Positions 28,202 to 39,694 of a stretch of 64,000 bases of DNA are shown piece by piece. The number at the start of each line of letters is the position of its first letter. Position 1 is the first letter of the stretch. A model generated the notes under the pieces. It was not told the origin of the DNA, did not search any database, and was given only the letters and a program-made list of their open reading frames with translations. Source of the stretch: an uncultured Chloroflexia bacterium (GTDB lineage: Bacteria; Chloroflexota; Limnocylindria; Limnocylindrales; CSP1-4); assembly GCA_963763775.1 (NCBI GenBank), contig CAVXPZ010000001.1, forward strand, positions 1,440,001-1,504,000. Direction: 5' to 3'. The translations under genes and the position numbers were made by a program.

Positions 28202-29908
28202 ATGACGATGACTGCCCCGAAGACCAAGTCCGCCGGCAAGGCCAAGTCGCCCGCGAAGGGCGCCGGCAAGGCCGACCGGTCCACCTCGACCCGCTCGACG
28301 AAGTCGACGTCGAAGGCCGACCGCACCTACGACGCCATCGTCGTCGGGGGCGGGCACAACGGCCTCGTCAACGGCGCCTATCTCGCCAAGGCCGGGCTCA
28401 AGACGCTGATCATCGAGCGCCGCCACCTCGTCGGTGGTGCGGCGATCACCGAGGAACTCCGGCCCGGCTTCTGGTTCACGACGTTCTCGTACGCCCTGAG
28501 CCTGCTGCGACCCGAGATCATCCACGACCTCGAGCTGACCAAGCACGGCTTCATGCCGCTGCTGATGTCGTCGACGTTCGCGCCCGACGGTGAGGGCGAC
28601 TACCTCCTGATGGGCCAGGACCACGGCGAGAACCTGAAGGAGATCGCTCGGCACTCGAAGCACGATGCCGACGCGTACGACCAGTACAGCCACGACATGG
28701 AGATGGTCTGCCAGGCCATCAAGCCGTTGATGGACATGGTCCCGCCCGACATCTTCAGCGACGACCCCGAGGAGCTGATCGCGCTGGCATCGCTCGGTTC
28801 GCGCTTCAAGAAGCTCGACAAGCGGGTGCTCCACAACGCGGTCCGGCTGCTGACCGGCAGCGCGGCCGACTTCCTCGACGACTACTTCGAGGACCCGCTC
28901 CTCAAGGGGTATCTCGCCTCGTCGAGCATCATCGGCACGAAGGTCGGCCCGCGCTCGCAGGGCTCCGGTCTCGTCCTGCTGTACCACTCGATCGGCGAGC
29001 ACGACGGCGAGTTCGGCGCGTGGGCCTTCCACAAGAAGGGCAACGGCGGCTTCACGCAGGTGCTCAAGCGAGCGGCGGAGTCGTTCGGCGCCGAGATCGT
29101 CCTCGAGTCCCCGGTGGACTCGGTCATCACGAAGGACGGCCGCGCGACCGGCGTCGCGCTCAAGGACGGCACCGAGTACTACGCCGACACCGTCGTCAGC
29201 GCTCTCGACCCGCGCCGCACCTTCCTCGAGCTGGTCAACCCGCGGGAACTCCCCGACGACCTCGTCGAGAACATCCAGCGCTTCCGGTTCCAGGGCACGT
29301 CGTCGAAGGTCAACTTCGCGCTCGACGGGCTGCCGCAGTACGGCGACCTCGACGGCAGCCAGTTCCGCGGCTTCACGAACATCGGGCCGTCGATGGACTA
29401 CCTCGAGCACGCCTACGACGACGCCAAGTACGGCTGGTACAGCCAGAACCCGTACATCGACATGGCGATCCAGTCGACGATCGACGCCGACATGGCGCCT
29501 CCCGGCAAGCACGTCCTGTCGTGCTTCATCCAGTACACGCCGTACCAGCTGCGCGAGAGCGACTGGGACACCGAGAAGGACAACCTCGGCGACACCGTGC
29601 AGCGGACGCTCGAGAAGTTCTTCCCGGGCTTCGGCAACCTGGTCTTGCAGCGCGAGGTGGTCACGCCGCTCCACATCGAGCGGACCGTGGGCCTGAGCGA
29701 GGGCAACATCTTCGCGGGTGAGTTCTTCGCCCCGCAGATGTTCTTCTTCCGCCCGGCCCCCGGCTGGTCGCAGTACCGGACCCCGATCGACGGCTACTAC
29801 CAGTGCGGCTCCGGCACGCACCCCGGTGGTTGCGTGATGGGCGCACCGGGCAAGCTGGCCGCCGGCCAGATCCTCAAGGACCGCGCCAAGGCGAAGCGCC
29901 TCGCCTGA
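28202..29908 (+). CDS. Phytoene-desaturase-family (PYROXD2-like) FAD oxidoreductase
   Basis: YDAIVVGGGHNGL...ERRHLVGGAA...APPGKH...YRTPIDGYYQCGSGTHPGG. Confidence 0.92.
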   Translation: MTMTAPKTKSAGKAKSPAKGAGKADRSTSTRSTKSTSKADRTYDAIVVGGGHNGLVNGAYLAKAGLKTLIIERRHLVGGAAITEELRPGFWFTTFSYALSLLRPEIIHDLELTKHGFMPLLMSSTFAPDGEGDYLLMGQDHGENLKEIARHSKHDADAYDQYSHDMEMVCQAIKPLMDMVPPDIFSDDPEELIALASLGSRFKKLDKRVLHNAVRLLTGSAADFLDDYFEDPLLKGYLASSSIIGTKVGPRSQGSGLVLLYHSIGEHDGEFGAWAFHKKGNGGFTQVLKRAAESFGAEIVLESPVDSVITKDGRATGVALKDGTEYYADTVVSALDPRRTFLELVNPRELPDDLVENIQRFRFQGTSSKVNFALDGLPQYGDLDGSQFRGFTNIGPSMDYLEHAYDDAKYGWYSQNPYIDMAIQSTIDADMAPPGKHVLSCFIQYTPYQLRESDWDTEKDNLGDTVQRTLEKFFPGFGNLVLQREVVTPLHIERTVGLSEGNIFAGEFFAPQMFFFRPAPGWSQYRTPIDGYYQCGSGTHPGGCVMGAPGKLAAGQILKDRAKAKRLA

Positions 29909-29933
29909 GCGTCCCGTCGAGGCCGGACACAGT

Positions 29934-29966
29934 TCGAGGGCGGCTCGCCAGGCGAGCCGCCCTCGA
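29934..29966. terminator. Bidirectional terminator-like hairpin
   Basis: TCGAGGGCGGCTCGC-CAG-GCGAGCCGCCCTCGA, a perfect 15-bp stem between convergent genes. Confidence 0.75.
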
Positions 29967-29983
29967 TGCTCCCGCGGAACGGG

Positions 29984-30481
29984 CTACTTGATGGGCTCGC
30001 CGTCGGCCCCGACGACGAACCAGATCCCACCGACCCCCTGGCCGTTGGTATCACCGGCGGCCTTGTCGGCGGCGAAGAAGTAGAGCGGGTACTCGCCGGC
30101 CTTGACCTGGTTCCCGCCGTCGGTGCGGGCCACGGTCGCGACCGCGGCGGTGACGCCGTCACCCGCTGACGCCGACCCGGTCACCGTGTAGGCGGGCCAG
30201 TTCGTCGCGCAGTCCTTGTAGCAGGACGGCGTGCCGCCCTGGTCCTTCATGAACATGTAGAGCGTCTTGCCGCTCGGGTCCGTGAGGATCTTGCCGAGCG
30301 CCGAGTCCGCGAGGACCACGGTCGCGCCGGTCGCCGGGGCCGCACTCGGCGCCGCGGCCGACGGGGCTGCCGCGCTGGGGGCCGCCGCGGACGGGGCTGT
30401 GGTCGCGCCCGAGCTCGAGCAGGCGGCGATGACGGCCGTCAGGCCGATGGCGAGGGCGATGAGTCGTGCGTGTGTCCGCAT
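29984..30481 (-). CDS. Secreted-repeat lipoprotein (Lipoprotein_15/COG4315-like)
   Basis: IAAC lipobox, PSAAA x3, GKTLYMFMKD...CYKDCATNWP, PLYFFAADKAAGDTNGQG. Confidence 0.88.
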   Translation of the reverse strand: MRTHARLIALAIGLTAVIAACSSSGATTAPSAAAPSAAAPSAAAPSAAPATGATVVLADSALGKILTDPSGKTLYMFMKDQGGTPSCYKDCATNWPAYTVTGSASAGDGVTAAVATVARTDGGNQVKAGEYPLYFFAADKAAGDTNGQGVGGIWFVVGADGEPIK

Positions 30482-30522
30482 CCCGATGGTTCCTCCTGGT
30501 GGTTGGCCGTCCCACCCCCGAC

Positions 30523-30550
30523 TACGCTCGGTCGGGTCCCATCGGTTTCC
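30523..30550 (-). promoter_or_regulatory. Putative ECF promoter
   Basis: Minus strand GGAAACC-N17-CGTA upstream of the lipoprotein gene. Confidence 0.4.
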
Positions 30551-30570
30551 GGCGGTCGCGCGGACCGCGC

Positions 30571-32184
30571 TCAGTCGAGCGTGACGCGCTCGTGCCAGTG
30601 CGGGACGTGCGTCGCGAACCCGAGGTCGCGCACCTTCGGCTCCAGGGCGATCTGCGCCTCGGGATCGCCGTGGACGAGGAACACGCGGCGCGGATAGCCG
30701 GCGTCACCGGGGTGCTTGCCCGCCGAGAACGAACGCAGCCAGTCGAGCAGCTCGCTCTCGTCGGCGTGCGCCGAGAACCCGCTGATCGAGCGGATCTGGC
30801 AGCGAACGGCGCGAGCCTGGCCGTCGAGCTTCACCGTCTTCGCGCCGGCCTGGAGGTGCGAGCCGAGGGTCCCCTCCCCCTGGTAGCCGACGAAGAGGAT
30901 CGTGGCCGCCGGGTCGTCGATGAGGTTGCGCAGATGGCCGACGACGCGGCCGCCGGTCAGCATCCCGTTCGAGGCCACGATCATGTACGGCCGCGGCGCC
31001 CGGGCGATCGCCTGCGATTCCTTCACGTTCTGCGTGATGATCTGGTTCGGGTAGTCGAGCGGCGTCGCCCCGTCCCGCAGGAGCTTCGCGGTCTCCTCGT
31101 CGTAGTAGTCCGGGTGGTGCCGGTAGATGTCGGAGGCCTTCGAGGCCATCGGCGAGTCGAGGTAGAGCGGGAGCAGCGGGATCTCGCCGCGCTCGATGAG
31201 CCGGTCGAGTTCCCAGACCACCTCCTGCGTCCGCCCGATCGCGAACGAGGGCACCAGCAGCACGCCGTCCGCGGCCGCGACCATCCGGATCGTCTCGGCG
31301 AGGACGCGGATCGACTCGGCCTCGGGCTCGTGCTCGCGTCCGCCGTACGTGGACTCGACGAGGACGTAGTCCGCGGCCGGCATCGGCGTCGGATCGCGCA
31401 GGATCGGGGTCCCCGGGCGACCGAGATCCCCGGAGAACACGATGACCCGCTCCTCCCCGCCGGGCTGGTCCACGACTCGCAGCCGGATGATCGCCGAGCC
31501 CAGGATGTGACCGGCGTCCACGAACAGCGCGTGGATCCCGGGGGCGACCTCGACCTCCTCGCCATAGCCGACGGGCCGGAACGACGCGAGCGACGCCTCG
31601 GCGTCCTTGGCCGTGTACAACGGCTCGTCGAGGTCGATCTGGAGCTCCGGGGGTTGGGCGCGCAGGTCTGCCTCGGGATCGCGCGGCCAGGTGGCGGGCG
31701 CGCTCGGATCGCGGGCCGGCTCCACGGTCGTCTCGACGTGCTGGCCGCCCTCGGCGTCACCCTCCGCGGCCAGCGCGATCGCCGCGGCGTACTCGTCGGC
31801 CTCCTTGCGGTCGTCGGCGGCGACCTGGTCCGGATGCCGCTTCTCCCAGCGGGCCTCGCGCTTCGCGAACTCCTCGTGGAGCTTGCCCGAGTCCAGGAGC
31901 ACCAACCCCGCGAGTTCGATCGTGCCGGCCGTCGCGTGGATCGGCCCGGTGTAGCCAGCCTTCACGAGCAGCGGCAACAGCCCGCAGTGGTCCAGGTGCG
32001 CGTGGGTCAGGAGGACGGCATCGAGCGTCGCCGGGTCGAAGGCGAACGGGACCCGGTTCCGGATCGACTCGTTCGGGGATCCCTGGAACATCCCGCAGTC
32101 GATGAGCACCCTGGCCTGACCGGTCTCGAGCAGGTACTGCGACCCGGTCACGGTGGTCGCACCGCCGAGGAAGTGGAGGTCCAT
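30571..32184 (-). CDS. Beta-CASP MBL-fold ribonuclease (YSH1-like)
   Basis: GGATTVTGS, DCGMFQG, THAHLDH, AGHILGS, SGDLG, ESTYG, FAIGRTQE, FSAHAD, VHGD. Confidence 0.94.
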   Translation of the reverse strand: MDLHFLGGATTVTGSQYLLETGQARVLIDCGMFQGSPNESIRNRVPFAFDPATLDAVLLTHAHLDHCGLLPLLVKAGYTGPIHATAGTIELAGLVLLDSGKLHEEFAKREARWEKRHPDQVAADDRKEADEYAAAIALAAEGDAEGGQHVETTVEPARDPSAPATWPRDPEADLRAQPPELQIDLDEPLYTAKDAEASLASFRPVGYGEEVEVAPGIHALFVDAGHILGSAIIRLRVVDQPGGEERVIVFSGDLGRPGTPILRDPTPMPAADYVLVESTYGGREHEPEAESIRVLAETIRMVAAADGVLLVPSFAIGRTQEVVWELDRLIERGEIPLLPLYLDSPMASKASDIYRHHPDYYDEETAKLLRDGATPLDYPNQIITQNVKESQAIARAPRPYMIVASNGMLTGGRVVGHLRNLIDDPAATILFVGYQGEGTLGSHLQAGAKTVKLDGQARAVRCQIRSISGFSAHADESELLDWLRSFSAGKHPGDAGYPRRVFLVHGDPEAQIALEPKVRDLGFATHVPHWHERVTLD

Positions 32185-32234
32185 GCCGCGCATGGTGACA
32201 GGGCAACGCGTCGGGCGCCGGGTAGCATCGCGTC

Positions 32235-33765
32235 ATGCAGCAGAGCCACGCATCGTTCGAGCGGCTCGAGGCCGACTGGCTGGCGCTGCGGCGCAGCTTC
32301 GAGGCGCGGATCGTGAACGAGCACCGCGGCCTGCCGGTCGAGGACGACTATCCCGGACGGCGGCGCGCGTTCGACGCGGGCGCTCGGCGGCATCGACCCC
32401 GATGGCCTCGACGACGAGGAGCGAGCCGGCCTTGCCTGCATCCGGTCGGCGCTCACGTTCTTCGACGAATGGCAGCCGATCGACGGCGCCGCCCAGGCCG
32501 AGTCCGGGCCGCTGGAGTCGCCCGTGATGGCCGCGCTCCGGGCCGCCACGCTCGAGGCCTACGCGACCGCCTCGAGCTCGATCGAGGTCGGCGGCGAGAC
32601 CGTCGACCGCCTGTCCGCGTTCGCGCGCCTGACCGTCGTCCCCGACGCGGCCGAGCGCCGGGCCATCTTCGAGGCGATGGCGCCGACGTGGCGATCCATC
32701 GACGGCGACGGCCGGGCGATGAGCCCGTACCGCCAGCTCGTCACGGCGTCCGCGGAGCGGTTCGCGCGGGACGGCTCGGTCATCGACGCGAACACGGCCG
32801 TCCTCGGGATCGCGCCGGCGGCACTCGAGCCGATGCTGCACCGCATCCTCGCCGCGGGGCGGCCGGTCATCGCGTCGGTCGCCGGCGTCCGGGCCGGGCA
32901 GCGGGTCGAGCCCTGGGACTACCGCTACGTCACCGGCGCGGCCGACCGCCGGTTGCTGGCCGAGATCCCGGTCGAGCGCCTCCGGACCATCAACGACGCC
33001 CATCTCCGGGCACTGGGCGCCGACCCGGAGGTCCTGCGGATCGGCTACGACATCCGGCCGCGCCCGGGTCGTCCGCTCATCCCGGTGGCCTTCGCGACCG
33101 GCGGCGAGCCCGGTCCGTGGGTGTTCGCGACCTACTCCGACGGTGGCCTCGGCAATCTGCTGGAGCTGCTCCACGAGAGCGGGCACGCCCTCCACTACGC
33201 GGCGATCCGGACGCGACCGGCTTTCGGCGAAGCCCCGGCGGACTTCGCGGCGTTCTTCGAGGCCATCGCCGACGTCGTCGGCTGGGACGCCGACGAGCCC
33301 GCGTTCCAGGCGCACCATCTCGGGACGAGCGTCGAGCCCGCCGTCGCGGTGGTGTCCCGCTACGGCAGCGTGCTGCTCGATGTCTGCTGGGCCCTCTTCG
33401 AGATCGAGCTGCACCGCGCCCCCGGTCGGCGGCCGAACGACGTCTGGGCGGAGATCGTCGCGGACGGACTCGGCATCGAGCCGCATCCCGAGTGGTCGTG
33501 GTGGGCGGTCCGCGGCCAGCTGGTCGAGAACCCCGGCTACCTCGCGAACTACGGCCTGTCGGCGATCACGGCGGCCGCCCTTCGGGCACGGATCCGCGAG
33601 GTCCGCGGCGACTGGTCCACGGGCGACCCGGGCTGGTACGCCTTCGTGTCGGAACGCCTGCTGCGTTACGGCGGCGAGCGGGCGCCGGCGTCGCTCATCG
33701 CGGACCTGCTCGGTGGGCCGCTCACCGAAGAGCCGCTCCTCGCGGACCTGGCCCGAGCCGGCTGA
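32235..33765 (+). CDS. M3/M2-like zinc metallopeptidase (frameshift near 32380)
   Basis: PWDYRY, LLHESGHALH (HExxH), downstream Glu in FFEAIA, PGYLANY. Confidence 0.7.
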
Positions 33766-33841
33766 CCGTCGGGCGACCCCCGGCCGCGACCCGCGATACG
33801 ATCGTGCGGCTGATCCGTACGGTCCCTGAGAGCGAGGTCAC

Positions 33842-34864
33842 GTGAAGAAGATCGGGTTCCTGTCCTTCGGGCACTGGTCGGAGGCGCCGTACTCGCAGGT
33901 GCGCTCCGGGGCGGACGCGCTCGTGCAGTCCATCGAACTCGCGGTCGCGGCCGAGGCGCTCGGCGCGGACGGCGCCTACTTCCGCGTCCATCACTTCGCC
34001 CGACAGCTCGCCTCGCCATTCCCGCTCCTGGCCGCCGTCGGGGCCCGGACCAGCCGCATCGAGATCGGCACGGCCGTCATCGACATGCGCTACGAGAACC
34101 CGTTCTACATGGCCGAGGACGCCGGGGCGGCAGACCTGATCGCGGGCGGCCGGCTCCAGCTGGGGATCAGCCGCGGCTCACCCGAGCAGGTCATCGACGG
34201 GTTCCGCTTCTTCGGCTACGTGCCGCCCGAGGGCGAGACCGACGCCGACATGGCGCGTCGGCACGCCCAGGTCTTCCTCGATCTGCTGCGCGGCGACGGG
34301 TTCGCCCCGCCGAACCCGCGACCGATGTTCGCCAACCCGCCCGGGCTGCTCCGCCTGGAGCCCTACTCGGCGGGCCTGCGCGAGCGGATCTGGTGGGGCG
34401 CCGCGACCGACGCGACGGCGGTCTGGGCCGCGGAGCTCGGCATGAACCTGCAGAGCTCGACCCTCAAGTTCGACGAGAGTGGCGAGCCGCTGCACATCCA
34501 GCAGCGCAAGCAGATCGAGGCCTACCGCGCGGCGTGGAAGGCCGCGGGGCACGAGCGAGAGCCCCGGGTCTCGGTCAGCCGCAGCATCTTCGCCCTCGTC
34601 GACGATCGCGACCGGGCGTACTTCGGCCACGAGACCAACGACCAGGACTCGATCGGGTACCTGGACGCCCAGACGCGGGCCGTCTTCGGGCGCTCGTACG
34701 CGGCCGAACCGGACGTGCTGGTCAAGCAGCTCGCCGACGACGAGGCCATCCAGGCTGCCGACACGCTCCTGCTGACGGTGCCGAACCAGCTCGGCGTGGA
34801 CTACAACGCCCACGCCATCGAGAGCATCCTGCGCTACGTGGCGCCCGACCTGGGCTGGCGCTGA
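33842..34864 (+). CDS. LLM-class flavin-dependent oxidoreductase
   Basis: [12 protein letters not shown]...FRVHHFARQ...IDMRYENP...[13 protein letters not shown]. Confidence 0.93.
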   Translation: MKKIGFLSFGHWSEAPYSQVRSGADALVQSIELAVAAEALGADGAYFRVHHFARQLASPFPLLAAVGARTSRIEIGTAVIDMRYENPFYMAEDAGAADLIAGGRLQLGISRGSPEQVIDGFRFFGYVPPEGETDADMARRHAQVFLDLLRGDGFAPPNPRPMFANPPGLLRLEPYSAGLRERIWWGAATDATAVWAAELGMNLQSSTLKFDESGEPLHIQQRKQIEAYRAAWKAAGHEREPRVSVSRSIFALVDDRDRAYFGHETNDQDSIGYLDAQTRAVFGRSYAAEPDVLVKQLADDEAIQAADTLLLTVPNQLGVDYNAHAIESILRYVAPDLGWR

Positions 34865-34896
34865 ACCGCGCGCGCCGAGCGGCCGAGGCGGGCCGT

Positions 34897-36751
<1,855 letters not shown>

Positions 36752-36812
36752 GAGGCGGCCATTCTATCGCGCCGACGGCGCTTCCCCGCCCATCGCGCTA
36801 CCCTTGCCGGCG

Positions 36813-37802
36813 ATGCGTCCCCACCGTCTGCTGCTGGCCCTGGCCTCGGTCGCCCTCGTCGTCGCGGCGTGCGGCTCGAGCACCGCGCCGAGCCCGTCGG
36901 CGGCCACGGCCTCGGGCTCGGCGAACGCCCGCTGTGCGACCTCGCCGGAGCCGTCGTCGATGGACGGCTGGTCGGGCACCCAGCAGACGCCGACGGTCTT
37001 CCCGCTGCTGATCTCCGACCACATCACCTGCGGGCCGGCGCGGATCCTCCTGTCGCTGCTCGACTCGAAGAATGTCCCGGTCGCGGCGCCCGATCGCCCG
37101 CTGTCGGTGGCGTTCTACGACCTGGCGAAGGACCCGAACACCCCGGTCTCCACGGTCGACGGCACGTTCACCTGGGCCATCGAGGGCCAGCGCGGCCTCT
37201 ACATCCTCGACGCGGACCTGCCGACCGCCGGGATCTGGGGCGCCGAGATCCACACGCAGGCGCCGGGCGGCCCGCCCGAGACCATCCGCGCGACGCTCCA
37301 GGTCCTCGACAATTCGTCGGTGGTGAAGGTGGGCGACACGGCGCCCGCGAACCCGACGCCGACGCTCGCGGACGTGGGCGGTGACGTGACGAAGATCTCC
37401 ACCGACACGACCCCGGACAAGGCGTTCTACGAGACCTCGGTCGCCGACGCGCTCGCCGCGCACAAGCCGTTCATGCTGGTCTTCGCGACGCCCAAGTTCT
37501 GCACGAGCGCCCAGTGCGGCCCCACGCTCGACCGCCTCAAGCCGCTGGCCGCGGCGAACCCCGGTGTGACCTTCATCAACGTCGAGCCGTACCAGCTCCA
37601 CGACGTCGACGGCCAGCTCCAGCCGGTCCTCGACGCCAACGGGGCGCTCCAGGCCACGGATGTCACGAACGCCTGGGGCCTGTGGACGGAGCCGTGGATC
37701 TTCGCGGTGGACGGCAAGGGCGTCGTCCAGGGGTCCTACGAGCTCATCGCCACCGACGACGAGATCCAGCACGCGATCGACACGATCACGTCCGGGAGCT
37801 GA
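36813..37802 (+). CDS. Thioredoxin-fold lipoprotein with a CxxxxC motif
   Basis: VVAAC lipobox; KPFMLVFATPKFCTSAQCGP; WTEPWIFAVDGKGVV. Confidence 0.75.
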   Translation: MRPHRLLLALASVALVVAACGSSTAPSPSAATASGSANARCATSPEPSSMDGWSGTQQTPTVFPLLISDHITCGPARILLSLLDSKNVPVAAPDRPLSVAFYDLAKDPNTPVSTVDGTFTWAIEGQRGLYILDADLPTAGIWGAEIHTQAPGGPPETIRATLQVLDNSSVVKVGDTAPANPTPTLADVGGDVTKISTDTTPDKAFYETSVADALAAHKPFMLVFATPKFCTSAQCGPTLDRLKPLAAANPGVTFINVEPYQLHDVDGQLQPVLDANGALQATDVTNAWGLWTEPWIFAVDGKGVVQGSYELIATDDEIQHAIDTITSGS

Positions 37803-37808
37803 CGGGCC

Positions 37809-38177
37809 CTACGGCGCGGGTTCGTCCTCGAGGAAGATCGCCTGGTCGACCCCGTCCACCGTCCGGTAGTAGACGCGGACCGGCGATGCCGTCGTCATGT
37901 GCTCGCTCAAGTGCCCGGGCGGGAAGGCGACCCCGTTCTCGAGCTTGGTGAGCCCGAACGTGCGGACGCCGCCGCCGCTCGCGATCCGCAGGTCGAAGCT
38001 CCGGACGTCGGTCAGGGTCCGAGCATCCACGGCGACCACGACCCCGTCCGCGAACGACGCGTCCGACGGCGGGGACGGCGCCGCCCCGCTCCCGCCCAGC
38101 AGCAGGGCCGCGCCGCCGGTGAGCGCGATGACGACGACGAGGATGACCGCGAAGACGTTCCTGGTCCGCCGGTCCAC
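37809..38177 (-). CDS. Membrane-anchored small beta-barrel protein with an HLxEHM motif
   Basis: N-terminal TM; DGVVVAVD...FPPGHLSEHM...PVRVYY. Confidence 0.65.
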   Translation of the reverse strand: MDRRTRNVFAVILVVVIALTGGAALLLGGSGAAPSPPSDASFADGVVVAVDARTLTDVRSFDLRIASGGGVRTFGLTKLENGVAFPPGHLSEHMTTASPVRVYYRTVDGVDQAIFLEDEPAP

Positions 38178-38180
38178 GGA

Positions 38181-38855
38181 TCAGGCGCCGGTCCCGCTGC
38201 TGCCGGGGGCGTGGAGCGGGGTGCCGTCCGCGCACCGCGGGCACGTCGCTGCGCCCGGCTCATACGTCGGCAGGTCGAGCTGCCACAGCGAGCGCAGGGG
38301 GTAGACCCGGCCGGTCGTCGGCGACGTGAGCGTGGGCCGCCCCCCGCCGCGGTCCACGAGGACCGCGCACTCGATGATCTCGCCGCCCATGGCCTCGACC
38401 GCGGGGATCATCGCGAGCAGCGAGCCACCCGTGGTGAGGATGTCGTCGACGAGCAGGACGCGCTCGCCGGGCTCGATCCGGAAGCCGCGCCGGAACGCCC
38501 GACGGGTCGTGCCGTCGTCATCGTGGACCTCTTCGGCGAACAGGCTGCGGACACCGAGCTGTCGCGCGGTCTCGAAGGCGAGGATCACGCCGCCGGTCGT
38601 CGGCCCGGCCACGAGGTCCGCCATCGGGGCGCCGTCGTGGTCCCGCACGGCCTCGGCCCAGAAGGTGCAGAGCTCACTGGTCGCGGCCGGGTCGGAGAGG
38701 ACCGCGAACTTCTCGACGTAGGCGTCGCCGTGCCGTCCGCTCTTGAGCTGGAAATGGCCCTCGCGGAACGCGCCCGAGGCACGGAACAGCGCCTCGGTGC
38801 GCATCGCGATCGCGGTGCGCGCGGCGGCATCGATGGCCGGTCGGACGGTGGTCAC
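38181..38855 (-). CDS. pyrE: Orotate phosphoribosyltransferase
   Basis: GHFQLKSGRH, VLLVDDILTTGGS (PRPP site), LVDR, C-terminal CPRC. Confidence 0.93.
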   Translation of the reverse strand: MTTVRPAIDAAARTAIAMRTEALFRASGAFREGHFQLKSGRHGDAYVEKFAVLSDPAATSELCTFWAEAVRDHDGAPMADLVAGPTTGGVILAFETARQLGVRSLFAEEVHDDDGTTRRAFRRGFRIEPGERVLLVDDILTTGGSLLAMIPAVEAMGGEIIECAVLVDRGGGRPTLTSPTTGRVYPLRSLWQLDLPTYEPGAATCPRCADGTPLHAPGSSGTGA

Positions 38856-38941
38856 CCGGTCAGTCTACCGGGCGGACCCGGTCGTGACCGGCGGGCGAGC
38901 CGTGCCGTCGGCGGACTAGACGATCGGCGGTCCCGCCGGGC

Positions 38942-39613
38942 TCAGAGTCGACCGAGCACGAGCTTCGTCAGCGCGTAGCGTTCCCCCGTGATGACGGTCG
39001 GGTCGTAGATCTCGCCGAAGATGGTCGTGGTGACCATCTCGTTGTCGTCGCCGAGGTCGACATGGATGGCCCCAAGGCCGATCCATGCCTCGGAGCCGAG
39101 GCCATCGACCTGGTCTACGGCGACACCCATGGCCTGCTTCTCCTCGGCGTAGCCGATCCATCCCTCGTCGAAGGTGATGCTGACGATCTGCGGGGTCGTG
39201 GCGGCGTAGTCCTTGAGGAGCCCATTGCCGTTCGTGACCGAGAACGAGCACGAGTTGTCCTCGTCGTCGTCGTTCGGGACCGGCTCGACGGTGCCGCCGA
39301 AGATCCCCTGGACGTCGGCCTCGGTGACCACGGAGCACGCGTCATCCGGTGGCGTCCGGCTGCCCGACGAGCCCGAACCGCCATCGGACGAGGCGGCGCT
39401 CGCGGGCGCCCCGGACGGGGCGCTGGACGACGAGATCGACGGCCCCGACGAGGCACCGCCGCCGCCGCCGCCGATCGCCTTGGCCGTCGGGGTGGGGCTC
39501 ACCACGACGCCACCGCCGCCGCCGCCCCCGCTGGCGCACGCCGCGACCAGGATCGGGATCACGAGGAGGACGGCGCGGATCGCCGAGGGCCGGTAGGGTC
39601 GGATCTTGGACAC
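38942..39613 (-). CDS. Hypothetical lipoprotein (DUF3558-like)
   Basis: LVAAC lipobox, Gly/Ser linker, DACSVVTEADV...SCSF...VDGLGSEAW. Confidence 0.65.
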   Translation of the reverse strand: MSKIRPYRPSAIRAVLLVIPILVAACASGGGGGGGVVVSPTPTAKAIGGGGGGASSGPSISSSSAPSGAPASAASSDGGSGSSGSRTPPDDACSVVTEADVQGIFGGTVEPVPNDDDEDNSCSFSVTNGNGLLKDYAATTPQIVSITFDEGWIGYAEEKQAMGVAVDQVDGLGSEAWIGLGAIHVDLGDDNEMVTTTIFGEIYDPTVITGERYALTKLVLGRL

Positions 39614-39694
39614 GTGGGCCTCGCGTCGAGATGGAGCGACCTGTCGCGCGGATGATACCGCCCTGTCCGCAGCCCGCGAGGGGACCCGACACGG

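Noticed and set aside
34178-34896. C-terminal extension of the 857-aa CtaA-CtaB ORF
   Set aside because: Caused by the frameshift near 35180; it overlaps the antisense LLM gene. The true end is 34897.
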